Shown here piece after piece: positions 56,885-64,000 of a stretch of DNA of 64,000 nt; position 1 is the stretch's first letter; every line of letters begins with the position of its first letter. The DNA is from Nanobdellota archaeon (GTDB lineage Archaea > Nanobdellota > Nanobdellia > Woesearchaeales > JACQSR01). The stretch lies in the NCBI GenBank assembly GCA_042577505.1, contig JBHPEA010000001.1, forward strand, positions 23,880-87,879, given 5' to 3'. Both the position numbers and the translations under genes were made by a program. The notes below the pieces were generated by a model. That model saw nothing but the letters and a program-made list of their open reading frames with translations. It was not told the origin of the DNA and ran no database searches.

Positions 56885-57799
56885 TTATTGGGATCCAGTA
56901 GAAACACCAGTATATAGCCCCTGGAATTCCCTTATAAATCTAATAGCAATATCCCCATTCCGTATAATCAATATATTCTCATCATTATGGGTATTCCCAT
57001 TTTTAGTTGGATTATAAGAACCAGTTATAACGGTTGAATTATCAATGATAAAGACCTTATGATGCATTGTTTTAGGATTTGTATCATTCCTTGAATTAAC
57101 AACGGAAATAGCTTTCTGTCTTTTCTCCAACAAAACTTCAACGCTAACATTTGCAGAAGCAAGAAAATCAGATATTGGATAAGAAGTAAAACTAAATGCC
57201 ATTATTTTAATTGAATTCTTGGCTTTCTTCAACTCATGAATAACCCGCACCTCACAACTATCTTCAGGACAAAAGTAGCTTTCTAAAACAAAATCATTAA
57301 TCTTTACAATTGAACTTGTACTCCTTCCTTCACCAAAAGTTCCATCCCACATCTCCTGAAATTCACTTTCATAATTCTTAGCCAACTTGCGAGACTTAAC
57401 TACAACAACATTGTTATTATTCTTGTAAATTCCATTATTAGTAGGATTCATAGAGCCAGTAATGGTGATATAACCATCAATCACACAGAATTTGTTATGC
57501 ATTGTTTTAAATTTAGGAGCTTTCTTAGCACCATCAATATAATTTTGATTAACAATTACTCTAACATCACTTTTCTTTGACTTTACAGCAAGCAAATCAA
57601 TAATCTCTTCTGACTTTAAATCATAAAAAGCACAGTGTATGGAAGTTGCATTCATGAAATTCTCAATAAAAGGTTTCAAACAATCATCTTTAGGACAAAA
57701 ATAAACCTGTATAGGATCTGGAATCTTTTCAATAGTCTCATAACTATCCAAAAAAGAAAGTAAAGCTACTAAAAAAACTAAAAAGATAAATTTTTTCAT
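56885..57799 (-). CDS. Secreted phospholipase-D-family (Nuc-like) protein with two HKD motifs
   Basis: Signal peptide MKKFIFLVFLVALLSFL; MHNKFCVIDG…GSMN and MHHKVFIIDN…GSYN HxK(x4)D motifs. Confidence 0.7.
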   Translation of the reverse strand: MKKFIFLVFLVALLSFLDSYETIEKIPDPIQVYFCPKDDCLKPFIENFMNATSIHCAFYDLKSEEIIDLLAVKSKKSDVRVIVNQNYIDGAKKAPKFKTMHNKFCVIDGYITITGSMNPTNNGIYKNNNNVVVVKSRKLAKNYESEFQEMWDGTFGEGRSTSSIVKINDFVLESYFCPEDSCEVRVIHELKKAKNSIKIMAFSFTSYPISDFLASANVSVEVLLEKRQKAISVVNSRNDTNPKTMHHKVFIIDNSTVITGSYNPTKNGNTHNDENILIIRNGDIAIRFIREFQGLYTGVSTGSQ

Positions 57800-57852
57800 A
57801 AAAAGAGATCAGAATACAAATTAATAATCTTAACTGACAATTTTCCGTAAAA

Positions 57853-58632
57853 TCATCGGTATTTCTTATTCGCTTCTTTTAATAAGAAATAATCTGGAAC
57901 ATATTTGGATTTTAAAATTTTCTTTTTAGATTGATAATCCGGTTGATATCTCAACTTCCTTTTACCATCTGTAGCAGCATTATATATACATCTCGCAACA
58001 CTTAGTGCAGAAGCACAATGTGTAATTTCCTTCAATCTTCTAATTTTATCATCAATTTTTTTATCGTAAAAAGGAACAATAATATCACTTTTCTTACCCT
58101 TGTTGTGCAAAGAAGATTTTGTAAATCCTGGCTCAATTATCTTTACTTTTACATTTGTTCTACTTAACTCATGCCATAAAGCTTCAGAAATTGCCTCAAC
58201 TGCATGTTTTGTTGCACAATAATAACCTGATAAAGCAGAAACAGACTTTCCAACTGTACTTGAAATATTAATTACAACGCCTTTGTTTCTTTCTCTCATC
58301 TGAGGCACTACAGCTTTAGTTACCTCAACCAATCCAAATACATTAGTGTCAAATATTTCCTCAATCTGATACTTCGAAGAAGATTCTATAGCACCAACAA
58401 CACTCATTCCAGCATTGTTAACCAAAACATCAATCTGACCTGCCTTTTTAATAGCTTTTTCTATGCTTTCTTTATCAGTTACATCTAATTGTAGGACTCT
58501 AACATTTAATGGCCATTCGTGTGGATGTAAAGAACGCATTGTTGCTATGACATGCCACCCTTTCTTACTAAACAAATCAACACAAGCCTTTCCAATACCA
58601 GAACTACACCCAGTTATTAATACACTTCTCAT
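57853..58632 (-). CDS. Short-chain dehydrogenase/reductase (SDR)
   Basis: ITGCSSGIGKA cofactor motif; NNAG; YCATKHAVE (YxxxK). Confidence 0.8.
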   Translation of the reverse strand: MRSVLITGCSSGIGKACVDLFSKKGWHVIATMRSLHPHEWPLNVRVLQLDVTDKESIEKAIKKAGQIDVLVNNAGMSVVGAIESSSKYQIEEIFDTNVFGLVEVTKAVVPQMRERNKGVVINISSTVGKSVSALSGYYCATKHAVEAISEALWHELSRTNVKVKIIEPGFTKSSLHNKGKKSDIIVPFYDKKIDDKIRRLKEITHCASALSVARCIYNAATDGKRKLRYQPDYQSKKKILKSKYVPDYFLLKEANKKYR

Positions 58633-59087
58633 TTTGTTACTACAAACTTCTCTTTATAATCAATTTTTTTGATATTGTCAATTATCTTCTCAGGTATGAA
58701 AAAACGAATCCCTTGAACATTATACTCTTTTTCTCCTTCAGCAGCTTTTTCTTTCAAATCAAAATCCATTTTGTCAGAAATCCCAATACCCCAATTTGGA
58801 TGTTGTGTCTTCTCCTTCAATTCCTTTATTCTTGAAACAGCAGCATCAGTTACAGTGAAGGGATCTTCAATAGCTTTATTCATTTTCTTAATAAGCTCAT
58901 CAATCTGTTCATCTTTCATTCCATGGACTTTCATGCCTTGTTCTAAAGACTCCCACATTGCTGCTTGACATCCAACGCAATGCATACCAGCATTAGTTAA
59001 TATTTCCGCTAAATCGTAAGCTTTGTCAGAATTACCCTCGAAAATTTGTTGGATAGTCATATCTTTTGTTATTTTCATGTTATCCAC
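58629..59087 (-). CDS. DUF1858-domain protein
   Basis: MTIQQIFEGNSDKAYDLAEILTNAGMHCVGCQ N-terminal DUF1858-like region. Confidence 0.4.
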   Translation of the reverse strand: MDNMKITKDMTIQQIFEGNSDKAYDLAEILTNAGMHCVGCQAAMWESLEQGMKVHGMKDEQIDELIKKMNKAIEDPFTVTDAAVSRIKELKEKTQHPNWGIGISDKMDFDLKEKAAEGEKEYNVQGIRFFIPEKIIDNIKKIDYKEKFVVTK

Positions 59088-59123
59088 TAACCCGATTCAG
59101 TTTTTAATACTTTCCTTAAATTT

Positions 59124-59570
59124 TTAAAACACCTCTAAAGAAATCATTGACTGAGTTTGTTTAATTCCATCCATATTACTTATCTTAGTTAGAATCTGTT
59201 TATTGAATTCATCAACATCTTTTGCCCTTACTAAAGCGATAATATCTGAAATACCAGTAACAATATCCACTCTTTCTACATTAGGAATCTTCTTTATCTC
59301 TTTTGCTAAGGAAACCTTAGTTCTCTTCTTCTGCTTAAGATAGGCTAAATCAACTGAAATTAAAACATAAGAGGTAAAACTTTTACCAATTTTCTTATTA
59401 TCTAACTCAACTGTAAATTTTTTAATAATTCCTTCGTTTTTTAATCTTCTAATTCTGTTGTTAATTGTTGTAGAAGGTATCAACGTTGATTTAGCTATCT
59501 GTCTAGTTGTATAATCACTGTGTTCTTGTAAAATATTTAGGATTTCCCAGTCTTTATCATCTAATGTCAT
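59124..59570 (-). CDS. Lrp/AsnC-family transcriptional regulator
   Basis: Start at internal MTLDDKDWEILNILQEHSDYTTRQIAKSTLIPSTTINNRIRRL (track start 59591). Confidence 0.8.
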   Translation of the reverse strand: MTLDDKDWEILNILQEHSDYTTRQIAKSTLIPSTTINNRIRRLKNEGIIKKFTVELDNKKIGKSFTSYVLISVDLAYLKQKKRTKVSLAKEIKKIPNVERVDIVTGISDIIALVRAKDVDEFNKQILTKISNMDGIKQTQSMISLEVF

Positions 59571-59847
59571 AATGGTACATATGTCCCACATACTATAAAT
59601 ATCTTTCTAAATTTGGCCATATTAACCATATTTACTGGGATAGGTTTTAAAATCATGAACGCGCATTATATATTGGGGTGCTTGAAATATGGGTTATGAT
59701 TTGGAGATGGATGACGAATTGGTTCTGGATGAATTATTAAATAAAGAGAAAAAGAAAGAAGAGGAATAATTTGCCTCGCCCGCTCTTCTTTCTATAGTGA
59801 TTTCTATAACAACAACTGGAAGATAAATGAAAAGGTCGGAAGAAAAA

Positions 59848-60186
59848 CTAATCTAGTGCTAAACTTACCTTGAGGGCTAGGTTTACTTTTTCCATTATTA
59901 AATTATCAAGAGAGCTAATTTTCTTAATTATTCTAGATTTATCAATGGTCCTGACCTGGTTCATCAACATCGTAGATTCTTTATCTAATCCAGATTCTGA
60001 GACTGATAGATGAACATTAATTGGATATTCCTTCAAGAATAACTTTGATGTAATGGGCGCAATAATCGTTGTACTTCCAAATTTATTGCCTACATCATTT
60101 TGAATTATTACAGCAGGTCTTGTTTTACCTTGTTCAGAACCTTTCACAGGATCAAGATTAACTAACACTATATCTCCTCTTTTCAT
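59848..60186 (-). CDS. MazF/PemK-family toxin (second copy)
   Basis: MKRGDIVLVNLDPVKGSEQGKTRPAVIIQND…IIAPITS. Confidence 0.65.
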   Translation of the reverse strand: MKRGDIVLVNLDPVKGSEQGKTRPAVIIQNDVGNKFGSTTIIAPITSKLFLKEYPINVHLSVSESGLDKESTMLMNQVRTIDKSRIIKKISSLDNLIMEKVNLALKVSLALD

Positions 60187-60187
60187 A

Positions 60188-60409
60188 TTAATCCCAGTCT
60201 ATATCAGAAGATGACCAATCCTTTGTTGTTTTCAAAGACTCTTTTGACATTTCTTTATAACTCTCAATTAAAACATCTTTATTCCTTCTCTTGTTTTTTT
60301 CAACCTCATTAATTAAAGAAACGATAACTTGCTCGTAAGTCTCATTTTTTCTTTTAATTTTATCCAACATATTCTTCACATTCTTATTTAACTGAATTGT
60401 GGTTATCAT
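60188..60409 (-). CDS. Small antitoxin-like protein upstream of MazF
   Basis: 73 aa; 1-nt spacing to the toxin gene; start preceded by a direct-repeat operator. Confidence 0.4.
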   Translation of the reverse strand: MITTIQLNKNVKNMLDKIKRKNETYEQVIVSLINEVEKNKRRNKDVLIESYKEMSKESLKTTKDWSSSDIDWD

Positions 60410-60412
60410 ACA

Positions 60413-60433
60413 AACTATAGTTCAACTATAGTA
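60413..60433 (-). promoter_or_regulatory. Direct repeat aactatagt x2 next to a TATA-like tatataaac; putative autoregulatory operator/promoter of the MazEF-like pair
   Basis: caaactatagttcaactatagtatataaacc immediately upstream of the antitoxin start on the minus strand. Confidence 0.35.
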
Positions 60434-60576
60434 TATAAACCTTATTATTAGAATCACCTACTCCCCATTAAAACCTCGTTCGGTTTTCTCGGAAGGATTG
60501 CAGATCGATTGCCTAAAAATGTAATGGCAAGTAGAAAACTCTAAAATTTTATAAAGTATATTCTTAAGATATCTAT

Positions 60577-61023
60577 ATGCTTAGCCCATTTTTACAGAAA
60601 CTTGATTTTGTTCACCAATTTAAGATGGGGAATGGAAGTATTGGTATTCTTGGATTAAAACAGATTATGTTACCTTCTACTCTAATCTCTGAATTGGGAA
60701 AAAAGGAAGAAGTTTATGCTCTTGCAAAAAAATATTCCCTAGATGAAGTAAATACCTACATGAAAAAGATCGATTGTAGTGAAGGCGAAAAAATCAAAGT
60801 ACTTGAACAAATCTATGAGACTTTTGGACTAGGAAAATTAAAAATTAAAATTGTGGATATTGGAAAAAAGGCATTAGTGGAAGTCGTTGACAATCCATTG
60901 CAAGGAAGCAATCCATTGGTAAGAGGAGTAATTGCTGGTGTTTTTAGTTATCTTTTCAAAAAAGATGTAAATGCCTCTATTCAGAGCAAGAAGGGTAACG
61001 TTTGTATATATCTCGTGAAGTAG
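60577..61023 (+). CDS. Hypothetical small protein; paralogous to the partial ORF at 63716
   Basis: IMLPSTLISELGKKEEVYALAKKYS aligns with YFIPTTSITRLF…GEELLYWIGELNGS in the 3' partial ORF. Confidence 0.35.
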   Translation: MLSPFLQKLDFVHQFKMGNGSIGILGLKQIMLPSTLISELGKKEEVYALAKKYSLDEVNTYMKKIDCSEGEKIKVLEQIYETFGLGKLKIKIVDIGKKALVEVVDNPLQGSNPLVRGVIAGVFSYLFKKDVNASIQSKKGNVCIYLVK

Positions 61024-61062
61024 GAAACCTTTTTATACGATGTTCTTGAGGAGATAAGTAGG

Positions 61063-62304
61063 ATGAACATACTATATACGATACTACTTGCACTGCTGTT
61101 ATCTTGGGTTTTTTCTGGAATACTTAATAGACTCAAACTTCCAAGCGTATTATCCCCTCTTATCGTAGGTATAATCCTGGGATTACAACAAGTTAAGGAC
61201 ATTGTATTAGCAGATTCAATTAATCTTGAAGTTTTATCATTATTTGCAGATATTGGATTAATCTTTTTGATGTTTTATGTAGGCTTTGAACTCAACATAA
61301 AACAAATGGTTAAAACAAGAAAAAGATCGTATTCCATATCTTTTTTTAGCGCAATTTCAACTTTAGCATTAGGGTTTCTAATCGGTAAATTATTTGGTTT
61401 TTCAAATCTTGTTTCAGTCATTTTAGGATTCTCAATTTCCATTGCTAATGAAGCTATCGCAGTAAATATTTTAGATGAATTAGGTATGTTAAAATCAAGA
61501 TTAGGAAGCATAATCCTGACATCTGGAATCATAGATGATATTGTTGGTATTTTTCTTATCGCAGTCGTCGTTGCTTTAACAGGCGAATCAAATTTCTCCC
61601 CCATCTATATTATACCTATCTTAATTCTTGTTGCCTTCCTAGTACTTTTTGTTTACAGATATTTATTGCCAGCATTATTACTAATGGCTGAAAAGAAAAA
61701 TATTGAAACAAATATTTTCATGATTTCTGTTATAATGGCATTAATATTTTCTTTATTATCTGAATTACTGGGTTTCGGATTTATTTTAGGTGCATTAGTT
61801 GCAGGATTCCTCATGAATAATGCTATTGAAGAAAGAAGAAAAGTCGATTATAAAGAAAGTAGGAAAGACCTTTTCAAAATGAGTGCAAAAGAATTCAAAA
61901 CACTCAAAAAGAAAATGACAATTCATGATACAACTCTTAATACAGTTAAAACAACAGCATTTGGTTTCTTAGTACCTTTCTTCTTTATCTGGATCGGTCT
62001 TAATGTAGACTTGTCATTATTTATAGAATCACCTTTGTTAATATGTGCATTAACTATTGCAGCGATAGTCGGAAAGTTAATTGGTTCCACAGTAGGAAAT
62101 ATGTTAGCAGGAGGATCATCAAGAACTGGTTTTCTTATAGGTTGGGCATTGAATGGAAGAGCATTTGTTGAATTAGTGTTTGCTGAGATTGCAAGGGCCA
62201 CTAATATCATTTCAAGCGAAGTTTTCTCAGCAATAGTATTTATGAGTATTTTGACTTCTTTAATATCTCCAGCAGTGTTTAATTATTTAGTAAGGAAGAA
62301 GTAA
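61063..62304 (+). CDS. Cation:proton antiporter (CPA family Na+/H+ exchanger)
   Basis: 12 or so TM helices; 413 aa; Na_H exchanger-like architecture. Confidence 0.7.
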   Translation: MNILYTILLALLLSWVFSGILNRLKLPSVLSPLIVGIILGLQQVKDIVLADSINLEVLSLFADIGLIFLMFYVGFELNIKQMVKTRKRSYSISFFSAISTLALGFLIGKLFGFSNLVSVILGFSISIANEAIAVNILDELGMLKSRLGSIILTSGIIDDIVGIFLIAVVVALTGESNFSPIYIIPILILVAFLVLFVYRYLLPALLLMAEKKNIETNIFMISVIMALIFSLLSELLGFGFILGALVAGFLMNNAIEERRKVDYKESRKDLFKMSAKEFKTLKKKMTIHDTTLNTVKTTAFGFLVPFFFIWIGLNVDLSLFIESPLLICALTIAAIVGKLIGSTVGNMLAGGSSRTGFLIGWALNGRAFVELVFAEIARATNIISSEVFSAIVFMSILTSLISPAVFNYLVRKK

Positions 62305-62357
62305 ATCAATAAGGTTTAAATATCCTCACTAGGTAAATGTATAAAAAAGGGGTTGGT

Positions 62358-63098
62358 ATGAAAAGAGTTAAGACAGGAATACCTGGATTTGATCCATTAG
62401 TACAAGGAGGCTTTCCTTATGGTTCTTCTATTTTAATTACTGGCAGTCCTGGAACTGGTAAAAGTATCTTTGGTATACAATATATCTATAATGGAGCCAC
62501 TAAATATGGTGAAAAAGGGCTCTATGTTAGTTTTGAACAAAGAAAAGACGATATAATCAATCAGGCTTCTCAATTTGGATGGAATTTAAACAATCCCAAA
62601 ATCGAAGTCTTAACAATCCCTATTACTCAAGTTAGGGGCGAGACAGTTGAATTTATCAAAGAAAAAATCAAAAAAGAGAAAATCAAAAGAGTTGTGATTG
62701 ATTCTTTAACAACATTAACTGTCAATGCACCAATTTACTCTTCAACCAAGGACGTCGCCATTAAAGATGTCATCTCAGAATCTACAGTATTCTCTCCACC
62801 AATAATCGGAGATTACTTAGTAAAACACTTCATCTACGCCTTCATCGAATCTCTCCAACAAGTAGAAGATGCAACAGCAGTCCTTATCTCCGAAAACTCC
62901 AACGAACCAGGATTCCTATCCCGAGACACAGTGTCCGAATTTGCATGCGATGGTGTGGTTGTGATCAACTTCGAAAGCCTTGGTGGCGACTTCTCAAGAA
63001 CAATGATCGTCAGAAAGATGAGACAGACTAAGAATGACGAAGACGTCCACCCCGTAGAAATCTCCGACAAAGGGCTTATCGTGCACAAGATTGAGTGA
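62358..63098 (+). CDS. KaiC-like/RadA-paralog RecA-superfamily ATPase
   Basis: VKTGIPGFDPLVQGGFPYGSSILITGSPGTGKS (Walker A) …GLYVSFEQ. Confidence 0.7.
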   Translation: MKRVKTGIPGFDPLVQGGFPYGSSILITGSPGTGKSIFGIQYIYNGATKYGEKGLYVSFEQRKDDIINQASQFGWNLNNPKIEVLTIPITQVRGETVEFIKEKIKKEKIKRVVIDSLTTLTVNAPIYSSTKDVAIKDVISESTVFSPPIIGDYLVKHFIYAFIESLQQVEDATAVLISENSNEPGFLSRDTVSEFACDGVVVINFESLGGDFSRTMIVRKMRQTKNDEDVHPVEISDKGLIVHKIE

Positions 63099-63637
63099 TA
63101 ATCTTTATAATTAACTCTTCATTTCCTATAAAAAAGAAAAAATTATATGCATTATTGGCAAGTCTGATCTATGGATGTAATCCAACACCAGTAAAAGTTG
63201 AACCTAGCCAAGTACCTGAAGGAGTAAAAGCTGAAGAACATTCAATTTTGGAAAGTTTAGCCCTAAATTCACCTACCGATATAGGAAATATTAAGAAATC
63301 GCTTTTAGTATATGAGGCACCGGAAGGAGCAGTTCCAGGTACGAGCGATGTAGCACATTACTTAGCAGACTTACTTCCTGAGAATTGCAGTGCTGTTCAG
63401 TTTTTTGGCTTAGCGGATTTTGCAGCACGCGCAGTTGGAGAAAATTCAGATCTCAGAACAAAAGAACCAATAATTGAAGGAAGGGAAATCTACTCAGGAT
63501 TACATAGACAGGCTCTACGATCAAGGGGTGTTGCAGACATTGTTCAGGGAGTATGTCCAGAGGAGTTCGGTCAAAACGTCATGCAAGCCTATAACACTAT
63601 CTGGAAACCAACAACCCAATCAAACAACATTGACTAA
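63095..63637 (+). CDS. Hypothetical secreted/lipoprotein-like protein (higher GC)
   Basis: LYALLASLIYGCNPTP signal-plus-Cys-like N-terminus; GC-richer than background. Confidence 0.3.
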   Translation: MIIFIINSSFPIKKKKLYALLASLIYGCNPTPVKVEPSQVPEGVKAEEHSILESLALNSPTDIGNIKKSLLVYEAPEGAVPGTSDVAHYLADLLPENCSAVQFFGLADFAARAVGENSDLRTKEPIIEGREIYSGLHRQALRSRGVADIVQGVCPEEFGQNVMQAYNTIWKPTTQSNNID

Positions 63638-63715
63638 CCAAACAATCCTTATCTTTATCTATATTTCACTAACAGTAAATAGTTTTATATATTAGTTTTC
63701 TCTTTTTTCAATATA

Positions 63716-64000
63716 ATGGTAAAAAAAGTTGGTGAATTTTTTCTGCACTTATTGGCATATGGGGGAGTTTCTATCGAAAAAGGTGTGCTATATGTGTGGA
63801 ATGATCCTGCATATTTTATCCCTACTACTTCAATAACTCGTCTTTTCCATGATATAAAAATGAAGTTAGGAAAAAGTGGAGAAGAATTATTATATTGGAT
63901 TGGAGAATTAAACGGCTCTAACGGAGATAAACTTCTGATGAACAGATATGGATTCTCAGAAAATGATTTTCAGAAATTTATGGAAGGTGGATCTATGGAT
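63716..64000 (+). CDS. Partial ORF (3' truncated by window end), paralog of 60577-61023
   Basis: Open frame from the ATG at 63716 to the window end. Confidence 0.3.
   Translation, partial: MVKKVGEFFLHLLAYGGVSIEKGVLYVWNDPAYFIPTTSITRLFHDIKMKLGKSGEELLYWIGELNGSNGDKLLMNRYGFSENDFQKFMEGGSMD

Noticed and set aside
59689-59769. 26-aa acidic mini-ORF (MGYDLEMDDELVLDELLNKEKKKEEE) in the Lrp/MazF intergenic region
   Set aside because: It is too short and low-complexity to call, with no supporting signals. It is mentioned only as a possible leader peptide.

Overview
This is a low-GC, gene-dense archaeal chromosomal segment. The background G+C looks to be around 30-33%, with a few visibly higher-GC genes. 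Archaeal information-processing genes are clearly present:
- proteasome-activating nucleotidase (PAN)
- Holliday-junction resolvase Hjc and RNase Z
- tRNA-splicing endonuclease EndA, flap endonuclease FEN1, RFC small subunit and Pelota
- archaeal-type tyrosyl- and leucyl-tRNA synthetases and S-adenosylhomocysteine hydrolase
- the conserved cluster S13-S4-S11-RpoD-(tRNA-Leu)-L18e-L13-S9-RpoN

Between these sit many secreted, lipoprotein-like or Cys-rich surface proteins, two secreted TIM-barrel glycoside-hydrolase-like proteins, a GT2 glycosyltransferase, three peptidases in a row (M16, M24, M29-like), and at least five toxin-antitoxin-like pairs (a RelE-like pair, a DUF4258/DUF2283 pair, an RHH protein, and two MazEF-type pairs). 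A solo Cas4-family nuclease has no CRISPR array near it. The gene content fits a small-genome archaeon, possibly of the DPANN type; that is inference from content, not a database result.

The most interesting items are:
- A tight five-gene minus-strand operon at 27540-34342. It encodes three paralogous lipoprotein-like secreted proteins, an 853-aa polytopic membrane protein with a large extracellular domain and a disordered higher-GC cytoplasmic tail, and a 427-aa anchored protein. None matches a family I recognise, so this is a candidate novel cell-surface system.
- A duplicated 71-nt element flanking a higher-GC TolB-like gene. Its 60-nt core is identical in both copies and its terminal stem covaries.
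- A LAGLIDADG-like, HTH-bearing ORF inserted between the S9 and rpoN genes.
- A tRNA-Leu(GAG) with a candidate 14-nt intron in the T-loop.
- An in-frame 12-nt tandem repeat at the S4/S11 gene overlap.
- A predicted salvage pair: a secreted PLD-like nuclease next to a PfkB kinase.

No CRISPR array, rRNA gene or recognisable transposase was seen.
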